Of a DNA stretch of 24,040 bases, positions 10,515 to 19,514 are shown in pieces; within the stretch, counting starts at the first letter, position 1, and every line of letters starts with the position of its first letter. Both the position numbers and the translations under genes were made by a program. Under the pieces are notes generated by a model. It was given only the letters and a program-made list of their open reading frames with translations. It searched no databases and was not told the origin of the DNA. The stretch covers positions 1 to 24,040 of the IMG/VR virus record IMGVR_UViG_3300037245_000716; one strand, written 5' to 3'. The DNA comes from a virus (taxonomy: Duplodnaviria; Caudoviricetes).

Positions 10515-10625
10515 AAAATGAATCGTTATGAGTAATGAATACGGGCATAGTACAAACAGCATAAAAGAATCTATTATTTATTCAATGGATATCCGATACA
10601 ATACGCGCACTCCCAATAAAGGGAG

Positions 10626-10651
10626 CAAAACCAAAAGGAATAGACAGCATG
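10626..10651 (+). repeat. Conserved early-gene leader, copy 1
   Basis: CAAAACCAAAAGGAATAGACAGCATG ending at ATG 10649. Confidence 0.85.
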
Positions 10652-11083
10652 AAGACTAACACTAGAAAGTATGTAACACGCAAGCTGGCAGTAGGTGACG
10701 TAGTAGAAAAGGATGATGGGTTCCGAGTCTATGTAATAGGTGCTAACACTACCACTAGACAGACACTGGAGGGTATTGTAGAGGACATGCACTATTCTAT
10801 CTTTACTTGTGTTAATATTACAGCATCGCATGGCTCAATGAATGCTAGAGGCTATAACGTAGTAGGTATCCTAACTGATAAGGGTCTAGAACAGGCTCGT
10901 CGTGGTACTGTCCCCCCTAGTGGTGAAGTACTGGATCTAGAGGAACCTTTGATCTATGATGCTGATCTGGCAGATAAGGTTAATAAGATAGAAGCTATGA
11001 AGATAGATAAAAAGACTATGAGTATCGTACATACTAGCATGAATGATACTATCGAATCCGTACTAGACATCATCCTCAAATAA
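10649..11083 (+). CDS. Hypothetical protein
   Basis: 144 aa, preceded by the conserved leader. Confidence 0.8.
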   Translation: MKTNTRKYVTRKLAVGDVVEKDDGFRVYVIGANTTTRQTLEGIVEDMHYSIFTCVNITASHGSMNARGYNVVGILTDKGLEQARRGTVPPSGEVLDLEEPLIYDADLADKVNKIEAMKIDKKTMSIVHTSMNDTIESVLDIILK

Positions 11084-11124
11084 TCTAACTATATGCTCTA
11101 GTACAATAGTGTGCTAGAGTCAAT

Positions 11125-11152
11125 GACAAACCAAAAAGGAATAGATAGCATG
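11125..11152 (+). repeat. Conserved early-gene leader, copy 2
   Basis: GACAAACCAAAAAGGAATAGATAGCATG ending at ATG 11150. Confidence 0.85.
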
Positions 11153-11347
11153 AACACATACGAATATAGATTCTACTTTAAGAACGGCGACATAGTAACT
11201 TGCCCTAGCTATAACACAGAGGAAACACTGACAAGACTAGGATTGCTATTTACTAGGTGTGAGAGTGGGCAATGTACTACTATCATCCAAGTTAAGCTAT
11301 CTATCAATGATAACAAGTTTCGTATCGTTAAGAACAATCGTATCTAA
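11150..11347 (+). CDS. Hypothetical protein (start revised to ATG 11150)
   Basis: Leader/RBS directly before 11150; MNTYEYRFYF... Confidence 0.75.
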   Translation: MNTYEYRFYFKNGDIVTCPSYNTEETLTRLGLLFTRCESGQCTTIIQVKLSINDNKFRIVKNNRI

Positions 11348-11378
11348 CTAGACAACCCAAAAGGAATAGACAGCAATG
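11348..11378 (+). repeat. Conserved early-gene leader, copy 3
   Basis: CTAGACAACCCAAAAGGAATAGACAG (11348-11373) identical to 12751-12776. Confidence 0.95.
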
Positions 11379-11819
11379 AATGAAGAAATGAAAAAGCTAG
11401 TATTCAATGACATAGTAAGATTGAACGATAGTAGAACAGATAAAGACTGGGGACTAGGCATAGTAAAGAACGTACATAGAGTCCCTGATCTCTATAGAAT
11501 AGAATTCCAGGATGGAACTCATTGTGATATCTATATTACAGAGTGCCGTCGTATAGGTAGCAAGGATGAAGTATTCAACCATTGCCAATCTCTACTAGAT
11601 TGCATTGTCAATCCGATTGATGCTGCTGGCTGTGGGTTGCAAGATAACTATTGCAATGATGATGAATGCAACTGTGCTATCTGTCCTTTCAATAACCACA
11701 ATCCTATGAAGTGTCCTACCTGTATAGAAGATGGGCATCGTGAGTCTTGGTTCTATGAGTCCGATCCTGGACTAGTAAAGAAAACTAAATCTATCATTAA
11801 CTTCTTAATGTCTAACTAG
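11376..11819 (+). CDS. Hypothetical protein with SH3-like N-terminus and Cys-rich C-terminus
   Basis: DIVRL...WGLGIV......YRIEF.DG pattern; C..C.C.ICP...CPTC. Confidence 0.8.
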   Translation: MNEEMKKLVFNDIVRLNDSRTDKDWGLGIVKNVHRVPDLYRIEFQDGTHCDIYITECRRIGSKDEVFNHCQSLLDCIVNPIDAAGCGLQDNYCNDDECNCAICPFNNHNPMKCPTCIEDGHRESWFYESDPGLVKKTKSIINFLMSN

Positions 11820-11830
11820 GAGACAGAACA

Positions 11831-12754
11831 ATGGCACAAGGAAACTATAATACAGAATTCCCTAACTTCGGCAAGATGCCCGAACAGATAGATAAGTTAA
11901 TCGCAGAAGGTATGCTAGTAGATATATCATGGCATAATGATTGCTATCCTAGCTTCGCCCTACCTCACACACCACAGGCAGCATGGGATGATGATACCGC
12001 TCTAGTACTATGGGTATGTGAGGAAGATCCAGAAGCTAGAGAAGGTGAGAATGAGTTCCGCTATGCTGTATGGTCTAGGGCTAACGATGAGAATCCTGTC
12101 CTACAAACTGATAGCATAGCAGCTATAGTTAATTGGGCACGTACTAACTGTAATAAGTATCCCGATCCTAGAGAGGAAGTCTATGGTATAGCAAGTGATC
12201 GTATGCTGTGGCTAGGCATGATGATTAATCTATACAACCAATCTATAGAGGATAGCGAGGAGGAACTAGACCTATCCAATACTATCTGTCTTGCGTGTGA
12301 GAAAGAACACTGGCTATCTATAGCACAGTTTAATGAGTGGGAAAACTACAATGGCAAAGCTACCCAATCAGAAGTACTGTCTAAGTTGGTGTCCTTGCTA
12401 GACCTCAAACATCTATGCATACTAGAGAAGGGCATCTATTGGATAGCCATAGCAATAGGTGAAGTGTGCTATAGATTTAATCCTAGTATGCGTGAGGGTC
12501 TAGATGTAGAGAAACGTAAGACTCTAGATTGCATGAAGGATGATCAAACGATAGTATATAATGTAACCAACCTGGACTATGGTGCTGTTGCTGCTTTACT
12601 ATTCTCTACTGAAATCCCTGACTATGGTGTAGTAAATAGTATTGAACTCCTTCGGAACTATCTAGCACTAGACGATCAGGCTAGTCTAGCTAAGTATCCC
12701 GCGAACATCCAACTGGAACAGATAGTAACCATCACTAAACAATTCGATAGCTAG
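11831..12754 (+). CDS. Hypothetical protein
   Basis: 307 aa; AGGAG RBS; N-terminal D.SWHND..PSF motif. Confidence 0.85.
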   Translation: MAQGNYNTEFPNFGKMPEQIDKLIAEGMLVDISWHNDCYPSFALPHTPQAAWDDDTALVLWVCEEDPEAREGENEFRYAVWSRANDENPVLQTDSIAAIVNWARTNCNKYPDPREEVYGIASDRMLWLGMMINLYNQSIEDSEEELDLSNTICLACEKEHWLSIAQFNEWENYNGKATQSEVLSKLVSLLDLKHLCILEKGIYWIAIAIGEVCYRFNPSMREGLDVEKRKTLDCMKDDQTIVYNVTNLDYGAVAALLFSTEIPDYGVVNSIELLRNYLALDDQASLAKYPANIQLEQIVTITKQFDS

Positions 12755-12782
12755 ACAACCCAAAAGGAATAGACAGAACATG
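12751..12782 (+). repeat. Conserved early-gene leader, copy 4
   Basis: CTAGACAACCCAAAAGGAATAGACAGAACATG; its TAG is the upstream gene's stop. Confidence 0.95.
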
Positions 12783-13658
12783 AAACATAAAATAGCATAT
12801 CATCGCGAATATATAAAGGGATTGAATACCACAAATGCAACTTCTTTGCATGTATTAGCAAAGGCTAAAAATGAGGTTGTAAGCTTGATGGATAACTCAA
12901 ATGAGTATCCAAGTCATCTATTAAAAGTTATTGGCTTGTTAGGGCAATTAGAGCGCTTCCACGCTCCTAAAGAAATTGGGAAAACTCTAGACGAATCTTT
13001 CGAGTGGTGTGGTGCTGCCTGTTCTAATAGCATAGAAGGATGGGAACAATGGGTACAATGTATTGGTATAGCACCTTCTAGAATCCAGGTGGATAGCACA
13101 ACTAAGGAACTAGAAAGATTCCCTGAACAATCTGTCATGGTAGGTAGTGACCGCCATCATAGATTGCACATTGAGTGGGGTGTAGGTAGATTGCATGGAT
13201 ACAAACATTGCGTAACAGGTAGACATATGGATGAAGCTAGCTTTATGGACTACTCTCCTATCCCTCCTAACTTCCTGTTAGCATTGTGTGCGGGTGCTGC
13301 TGCCCTAGATGGATACACCATTCAGACTGGCAACCTGTTAGATAGTGTAGATGATGAGTTCAAATGGTTTGATGAATCTATTACTAAGAAGTGGATGCGT
13401 GTGCTAGTCTATGAGATAGACAACGTAGTATATGTTTGCGTAGTAAATGAAAAGCATTTGTTAGATGCTCTATCTGGATTCGATGATCACCATGTTACTA
13501 TCTGTGAGAATGAAAACAGCAATCCTGAAAAGGGAATCCATCATCTAATAGGTACTGTTAGAATAGATGGGACATGCAATGGGAAGCATAGAACGGCTAT
13601 CCTTAAGACTGCTAGAATCTCCGATGATACTATCCATACTCTCATGGGGGCTATCTAA
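12780..13658 (+). CDS. Hypothetical protein
   Basis: 292 aa; leader upstream; TAATG coupling to the next gene. Confidence 0.85.
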   Translation: MKHKIAYHREYIKGLNTTNATSLHVLAKAKNEVVSLMDNSNEYPSHLLKVIGLLGQLERFHAPKEIGKTLDESFEWCGAACSNSIEGWEQWVQCIGIAPSRIQVDSTTKELERFPEQSVMVGSDRHHRLHIEWGVGRLHGYKHCVTGRHMDEASFMDYSPIPPNFLLALCAGAAALDGYTIQTGNLLDSVDDEFKWFDESITKKWMRVLVYEIDNVVYVCVVNEKHLLDALSGFDDHHVTICENENSNPEKGIHHLIGTVRIDGTCNGKHRTAILKTARISDDTIHTLMGAI

Positions 13659-14239
13659 TGTGCGAAGCTATACTACCTAAAACATATTATCCTACTATGT
13701 TTCAAGATGTAGATGATAATAGACTAGATAGAGTAAGTGGGATGCCATTGCATAGACTAGTCAAGGCACGCAACGAGATAGAAAGAATAGAACGCCTAGC
13801 ATGGTTGCGTAGGTTCCTACGTATATGGAACTATGATCTAGAGCACAGCGAACGTCACCACAATATGCTATGCAATATATATTGTAGATACAATGACAAG
13901 CAAGGTCTACCACAGCAAGGAGTGGAAGAGAACATAGACTACCTAGTTAATTACTATGTAACAGATCCTATTAAATTACAATGTATAGGTAGACAACATA
14001 GAGTTACGGATACCAAAGCAGCACAGATGGAACAGATGGTATGGTTGCGTAGGTTCATAGATCTATGGGAGCAATGTTCTAGCTGCTATGGTGCGGTAGT
14101 ACAAAAGGATAAGCATCATATCATGCTATGCAAGATCTATGAAGCCTATCTATCTAAACATAACCTACCTAAAGAAAGCGCTGATGAAGTACTGTGCTAT
14201 CTGCAACATCAGTACTATGACAATGGAGAACCTATCTAA
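13658..14239 (+). CDS. Hypothetical protein with internal tandem duplication
   Basis: WLRRF..W...HH.MLC.IY..Y..K..LP occurs twice. Confidence 0.85.
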   Translation: MCEAILPKTYYPTMFQDVDDNRLDRVSGMPLHRLVKARNEIERIERLAWLRRFLRIWNYDLEHSERHHNMLCNIYCRYNDKQGLPQQGVEENIDYLVNYYVTDPIKLQCIGRQHRVTDTKAAQMEQMVWLRRFIDLWEQCSSCYGAVVQKDKHHIMLCKIYEAYLSKHNLPKESADEVLCYLQHQYYDNGEPI

Positions 14240-14532
14240 TGACAAGTGATACTAAACAATTAAATCATGCTAGAAAGAAACGAGAGATAGCAAACGTACT
14301 ATACGAAGAGGCTATCTATGCTAACCCTAGTCCAAATTGTATAGCTAACTTTGAACGGCCTATTAGAGATAGGGCATTAGAGGAAGCTAACAGGGCAATA
14401 GAGGAAGGGTATAGATTCAGTAAGTCTAACTACCATATGAACTATGTATATTGTACTAGGGATATCTTCCTATCCGCAGCAACTAAACTATGGCTAACTA
14501 AACTAGATAGAAAAAACAAAAGGAATAGATAA
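14239..14532 (+). CDS. Hypothetical protein
   Basis: 97 aa; GGAG RBS; TAATG overlap. Confidence 0.75.
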   Translation: MTSDTKQLNHARKKREIANVLYEEAIYANPSPNCIANFERPIRDRALEEANRAIEEGYRFSKSNYHMNYVYCTRDIFLSAATKLWLTKLDRKNKRNR

Positions 14533-14533
14533 C

Positions 14534-14785
14534 ATGACTAGGAAAGAGAAACGAGAACAGGCTAGTAAACGTAGATACCACCAAAAACAGGAATGGCTAG
14601 AAGAGATGGAATTCCTCATAGTAAAGAAACAGCATACTATGGGTGCTGCTTACTTGTTAGTACATAAGGGTGCTTGCAATGCTATGAAAAGGAATCCGCA
14701 AGAGGCTAATAGCATTCGTATAGCATGGGATGAGTTCGGTGCTGCGCTAGAAACAGCTAGAAAAAGTTTAGAGGAGCTAGTATGA
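14534..14785 (+). CDS. Hypothetical protein
   Basis: 83 aa; leader variant CAAAAGGAATAGATAACATG. Confidence 0.75.
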   Translation: MTRKEKREQASKRRYHQKQEWLEEMEFLIVKKQHTMGAAYLLVHKGACNAMKRNPQEANSIRIAWDEFGAALETARKSLEELV

Positions 14786-15366
14786 TTATATCACTAGAAG
14801 ATAGATACACAGATAACCCCGACGAATGCGTTACATTGCAAGGTGAGTTCCTAGTAGAAGGTAACTGGTCTGTGCAAGAGGTACTGAATAGAATTGATGG
14901 CGGGAATAGATCAATGGAGTTCATTACTAGAGCACATAAGTCTATGCTAGAGATTGGTACTCATATCAATACAGTAATAATCCACATAGTAGAGAGTCCT
15001 ACTATTATAGTTAGAGGTACTAAGATAGATACCGCTAACCTAGCATTCCAGTGCAGCAAGCGCAATGAATGGATAGATGGTAACTACCAGGATATATGGA
15101 GACTCTATCTAGTTAATATCAATGGCCGATATAACAACCTAACTCTATTCCAGAAGGAGCAACTCATACTACGCTATCAGTCTAGTATATTGGAAATCAT
15201 TCAGGATGAAAGCAATCTGCCTATGATCATAAATTATAGTGTTCATTCTTTCATTACTAAGATCCAGGAAGGGATCATGCAATCCATAGTACAGAAAGAA
15301 ACTATCCTAGAGTACATAGAAGAAACTATCATAGATGGAGATGATGACAATGCCGAAGAAAACTAA
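14782..15366 (+). CDS. Hypothetical protein
   Basis: 194 aa; GAGGAG RBS; ATGA overlap. Confidence 0.8.
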   Translation: MIISLEDRYTDNPDECVTLQGEFLVEGNWSVQEVLNRIDGGNRSMEFITRAHKSMLEIGTHINTVIIHIVESPTIIVRGTKIDTANLAFQCSKRNEWIDGNYQDIWRLYLVNINGRYNNLTLFQKEQLILRYQSSILEIIQDESNLPMIINYSVHSFITKIQEGIMQSIVQKETILEYIEETIIDGDDDNAEEN

Positions 15367-17125
15367 TGATAACACTATCAAGATAGGATATTCTATTGAT
15401 AGAAAGAAGTTCCTAGTAAAGTACAGTCCGTATAACCTACACCTAGAAAAGACAATGAAGTTCCTGGGTAGATCACAGGCCAGCCTGGATCTAGAAAAGA
15501 ATGTATGGTTAATAGAAGTATCCATGATCAATGCTATTAAACTATCTGCCAACGTAGTTAATGTAGCAAAGGGTGAAGGGTACAAGGTTATAGTAACTAA
15601 CACCTTTGTTAGAAAGAAGGAGTTGCTAGCTAACCACATCAAGACAGGCAAGAACAAGCTAGGCAAGCGCAGCAAATATGAAAAGGCTTTACGCGCTAAG
15701 CCATTGCCTAGAAAGTTAGCAAAAGCAATGATGCCATTCCAGAAGGAAGGGTTTGAATACCTAGTACAGAAGAATGGTCGTGCGCTGCTAGCAGATGATA
15801 TGGGTCTAGGTAAAACCTTGCAAGTATTGGCCTTTATGAAGGCCTATAAAAGTATCAAAAGGATCGTTGTAATTAGCCCTAAAACGATTAAACATGTTTG
15901 GGATAACGAATGTACTAAGTGGGGTATAGAAGACCTACGATGGATCATAGATGGTTCGCCTGCTACCTATGATATGCATACTAAGACTAAGAAATTTATA
16001 GACGATGAAGGCATAGAGACAGAGCGTACTATAGTAAAGGGACAGGGTCTACGTGAGTTTGATTTTCGTATCTGTATTATTAACTATGAAATGGTACAGA
16101 AATGGTTGCCCTTCCTTAAGCACTGGAAACCAGACATGCTAGTGTGTGATGAGATACACTATATAAAGAATAGAAAAGCAGCAAGGACTAAAGCGGTGGA
16201 AGCTCTAGGCCATAAGATTCCCTACGTAATAGGAATGACAGGTACTCCTGTTGCTAACTCTCCTATGGAGTTGTTTACTATATCTAATATGGTTAGGCCT
16301 GACATGTTTAACTATACAGATTTCAACTATAGGTTCTGTGGTGGTGAGGCTATGCTATGTAGGTCAGCACACAATGGACAGGAACTGCATGAGATCATGA
16401 AGAATACAATCATGCTGCGTAGACTGAAAGGTGACGTACTAAAAGAACTAGAGCCTAAGCGATCTATCCAAGTAGAGCTAGAGTTGGATATGAAAAACTA
16501 TGATGCTATCCTAGATGAGTGGGCGGCACAGGTAGATGTCCAGGCTAGTAGCATGAGCTTCCAAGCTAAACTAAGGGAGTGTATAGCAAATGATAAGATA
16601 CCCGCTCTACTAGAATGGACAGATAAGTTCCTGGAAGATACTGGTAGGAAGCTAATCATCTTTGCTCACCATGCTGTCATTAGAGATATGCTAGTTAGTC
16701 ACTATGGAGAATCTTGCGTTACTATCAATGGACAGGTTAAGTCCGCAGATAGAAAGACGGCTGAGTATAGATTCCAGAATGATGATAGCATTAGAGTGTT
16801 CGTTGGATCTATCACAGCATGTGCCGAGGGTATAACCTTGACAGCATCATCGGATGTATGCATGGCTGAGATGATCTATAATCCTAAGAAGATGGAACAG
16901 GCAGAGGATAGAGCACATCGCAAAGGACAGAACAACCACGTTACTATATGGAACCTAGTATGTACGGGAACCTATGAGACTGACGTACTGGATCTATTAA
17001 CTACTAAACGTATCATGGCAGCACAGGTAGTGGATGGGCAATCAGAAGATCAGGCCCAGATAGATGTAGCTAGAGAGATAACCTATAAGTTAGTAGACAT
17101 GGTAACTGAAAGGAAATATAGATAA
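15350..17125 (+). CDS. SNF2-family (SMARCAL1/HARP-like) helicase; start 15335-15350 uncertain
   Basis: PFQKEG Q-motif, ALLADDMGLGKT, INYE, CDEIHYIKN, MTGTPVAN, MLRRLK, IIFAHH, EGITLT, QAEDRAHRKGQ. Confidence 0.95.
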   Translation: MPKKTNDNTIKIGYSIDRKKFLVKYSPYNLHLEKTMKFLGRSQASLDLEKNVWLIEVSMINAIKLSANVVNVAKGEGYKVIVTNTFVRKKELLANHIKTGKNKLGKRSKYEKALRAKPLPRKLAKAMMPFQKEGFEYLVQKNGRALLADDMGLGKTLQVLAFMKAYKSIKRIVVISPKTIKHVWDNECTKWGIEDLRWIIDGSPATYDMHTKTKKFIDDEGIETERTIVKGQGLREFDFRICIINYEMVQKWLPFLKHWKPDMLVCDEIHYIKNRKAARTKAVEALGHKIPYVIGMTGTPVANSPMELFTISNMVRPDMFNYTDFNYRFCGGEAMLCRSAHNGQELHEIMKNTIMLRRLKGDVLKELEPKRSIQVELELDMKNYDAILDEWAAQVDVQASSMSFQAKLRECIANDKIPALLEWTDKFLEDTGRKLIIFAHHAVIRDMLVSHYGESCVTINGQVKSADRKTAEYRFQNDDSIRVFVGSITACAEGITLTASSDVCMAEMIYNPKKMEQAEDRAHRKGQNNHVTIWNLVCTGTYETDVLDLLTTKRIMAAQVVDGQSEDQAQIDVAREITYKLVDMVTERKYR

Positions 17126-17367
17126 TGAGAAAAGAACTAACATGGAAAAGACAGGAGATAGAAGGGAACAATCATGATTACCTATCTATTAGATTACCTA
17201 TCCGTAGTAACATTAGGAAAGACGGTAGATACTTTATACTATATACCTATGCTAATAGAAGGATTAGAATAGAGCAAGGTGGCTATGCTAGTGGACTTAG
17301 GCGTACTATGGGATATGTAAATAGTATACGTGCAGCAAAGATAGTATGTAATCTATCAATCAAATAA
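17125..17367 (+). CDS. Hypothetical basic protein
   Basis: 80 aa; AAAGGAAATATAGATAATG leader; TAATG overlap. Confidence 0.7.
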   Translation: MRKELTWKRQEIEGNNHDYLSIRLPIRSNIRKDGRYFILYTYANRRIRIEQGGYASGLRRTMGYVNSIRAAKIVCNLSIK

Positions 17368-17377
17368 GGAATAGATA

Positions 17378-17647
17378 ATGACACCACAGGAAAGGATGAC
17401 TATAAAATCTATTAAAAATATAGAGCGTGTCTTTAATACAAAGATAGAAGTACTAGATAAGGACAACGCTCCTTTTGGTAGTGGTTATATACAACCTACA
17501 TATCTGCACTATCTACAACAGGTATTTAAAGCTCTATGTTTCTCTCTGCCTAGAGGTACATTTAGTGATCCTGAACTAGACCTACAATATAATACATGGG
17601 ATCTAATAAGTAGATATAGTATAGTAGCATTACATAAGGAAATATAG
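17378..17647 (+). CDS. Hypothetical protein
   Basis: 89 aa; AAGGAATAGATAATG leader. Confidence 0.75.
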   Translation: MTPQERMTIKSIKNIERVFNTKIEVLDKDNAPFGSGYIQPTYLHYLQQVFKALCFSLPRGTFSDPELDLQYNTWDLISRYSIVALHKEI

Positions 17648-17650
17648 ATA

Positions 17651-17836
17651 ATGAAAAAGGAGACAGTAAAATTCTATAATGATTGTCAGCAATATACTGG
17701 ATGGCAGTATAGTGATAACACTTCCTTTGCTGAAATAGTATCATGGGTACGATCAGGTAATAGCTGCCAGGTTGGTACTAGATGGTTATACTGTATGGCA
17801 GATGTTAAACGTTGGAAAAATGGGTGGGCTATGTGA
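17651..17836 (+). CDS. Hypothetical protein
   Basis: 61 aa; AAGGAAATATAGATAATG leader. Confidence 0.7.
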   Translation: MKKETVKFYNDCQQYTGWQYSDNTSFAEIVSWVRSGNSCQVGTRWLYCMADVKRWKNGWAM

Positions 17837-19200
17837 AGATATTACTGTTTATGATAGGATGGGGAATAGGCATCTGTCTATTGTCATTGTTAATAGCATG
17901 GATAGCAGAAGAAATGGATGATAGGAAAGTTAGACAACCAAAAAGGAATAGACCAATGGTACATAGAATAGCAGACATAGACATGATCGCAAGTAGAATG
18001 AATCGGTGGATAGTATATCCTATAGGTAGGCTGCTATATATAGTTGCTGCTATATTCAAGAAGAAGGAACCTATAGAGAGTGTTGCTGTATTATATCCAG
18101 GCAGGAAGATAATGGGAAACCTACATGATGACAAGTCAATACTAGAACACATAGTAAAGCAAGGTCATTGCGGTGGTATCAACTGTACTGGTATAGTAGA
18201 TGATGACACTACGGACTATGGAATACTAAATAGTATTATCTGTCCTCACTATGATAACTGTCCTCTAGTAGACTTCGGGGATTACTCTAGTGTAGTACCA
18301 TTGTCTAAACAAAAACTAATGGAAAACCTAGTTAATGACAAGTCCATTCAATCTATCCTGGAAGCCAGTAGTAAGAAGGATGATCTAGTAAAGATGTTTA
18401 GGGACTGTGGAATAAGCGCAAGGACAACAGACGAAGTACACGCAGCTAGAACATGCTTGGAAATTATTAAATACAAGGGTGACTGTGATCAGTTCCTATG
18501 TGACGCAATCAGTTGTAGATACTGTCCAGGCTCACCAGATCCTAGAGTTGTCTGTTTAGAGAATGGATGGGCGAAGCATCCTAGTGGTGATGATCCAGTA
18601 GCTGTTAGTAGTGCAATGGAATGGATCACTGATAAGCTGGCAGAACAATTCGTCCTACTTATTAGAAAGCAAATCTCCGATAATGACTGTGGTGTAATAG
18701 ATAGACTCAATGCCATGAAGGAGTATATAGGTTGCTGCTCTACACATAACTACTGTGATGCTAACATGGTAATACATGAGGCGTTTGAATCTATACTAGG
18801 ACAGGAGGTAGAGATACAAGCTGACCTAACCTATCAAGCAGATATCTATAACAAGGCATGGAACAAGGCTAAGAAGATAGGCTTTGCTACTCCAGTACTT
18901 CCTGAGTCTAGGAAAGATACCTACTTTGAATTGATAGCAGACGAAGTAGGTATCTATATAGAACAGGCATGGGGAATTAGTAACATGTACTATGCTGCCA
19001 ATGGTGAGATAAGGATAGAAGATAGTAAGGACTCTCCAACGCTAGGACATACTATGATAGAGGCAATGGTATCTACTATAGAACTTAAGAGGGATCTACT
19101 AGGTACAGAATTAGCATGGGGAGTACATGAAGAAACCCTAGCAGCCTTGTCTATCTTCCATGACATCTATATTAAGATCACACCAATGGATTCTATCTAG
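17833..19200 (+). CDS. Multi-module hypothetical protein: N-terminal TM helix plus Cys-rich modules (start probably GTG 17833; possible internal start 17956)
   Basis: GTGA overlap with the upstream stop; hydrophobic ILLFMIGWGIGICLLSLLIAWI; ILEHI..GHC..I.C module. Confidence 0.8.
   Translation: MKILLFMIGWGIGICLLSLLIAWIAEEMDDRKVRQPKRNRPMVHRIADIDMIASRMNRWIVYPIGRLLYIVAAIFKKKEPIESVAVLYPGRKIMGNLHDDKSILEHIVKQGHCGGINCTGIVDDDTTDYGILNSIICPHYDNCPLVDFGDYSSVVPLSKQKLMENLVNDKSIQSILEASSKKDDLVKMFRDCGISARTTDEVHAARTCLEIIKYKGDCDQFLCDAISCRYCPGSPDPRVVCLENGWAKHPSGDDPVAVSSAMEWITDKLAEQFVLLIRKQISDNDCGVIDRLNAMKEYIGCCSTHNYCDANMVIHEAFESILGQEVEIQADLTYQADIYNKAWNKAKKIGFATPVLPESRKDTYFELIADEVGIYIEQAWGISNMYYAANGEIRIEDSKDSPTLGHTMIEAMVSTIELKRDLLGTELAWGVHEETLAALSIFHDIYIKITPMDSI
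17931..17958 (+). repeat. Conserved early-gene leader embedded in frame inside a CDS
   Basis: TAGACAACCAAAAAGGAATAGACCAATG with in-frame ATG at 17956. Confidence 0.85.
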
Positions 19201-19208
19201 GGGATAGT

Positions 19209-19514
19209 ATGAAGATGCGTAACAAAGAAATACTAGAACATATAATCCAGGCAGGTAATTGTAATCTAATTCATTGTGAAGGGATGCAAGGTATACAGGA
19301 AGGCTATATCAATGAAGGCAAGGTCTGTCCATTGCATGAGCAATGTAGAATCTATAGATGCATAGATGGTATTATTCCAGAATCAAATATGCAATCTATG
19401 GAAGAAGAAAACAAACTGGTAGTAGCACATGCTAAATATAAACTAACGAGGTATGAGTATGCTGGACATAGAAGCGATCTTTCGCAGATATGGAGTACAG
19501 GTTGCATCCAGTAG
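19209..19514 (+). CDS. Cys-rich hypothetical protein, paralogous to a module of the upstream gene
   Basis: KEILEHIIQAGNCNLIHCEG...VCPLHEQC versus KSILEHIVKQGHCGGINCTG...ICPHYDNC. Confidence 0.75.
   Translation: MKMRNKEILEHIIQAGNCNLIHCEGMQGIQEGYINEGKVCPLHEQCRIYRCIDGIIPESNMQSMEEENKLVVAHAKYKLTRYEYAGHRSDLSQIWSTGCIQ

Noticed and set aside
10518-10564. Coupled mini-ORFs MNRYE and MNTGIVQTA
   Set aside because: Too short to distinguish from chance despite an upstream GAGGT
10626-17958. Leader repeats as integron attC sites or CRISPR repeats
   Set aside because: No internal palindrome or GTTRRRY core, spacers are whole genes, and no integrase is in the window
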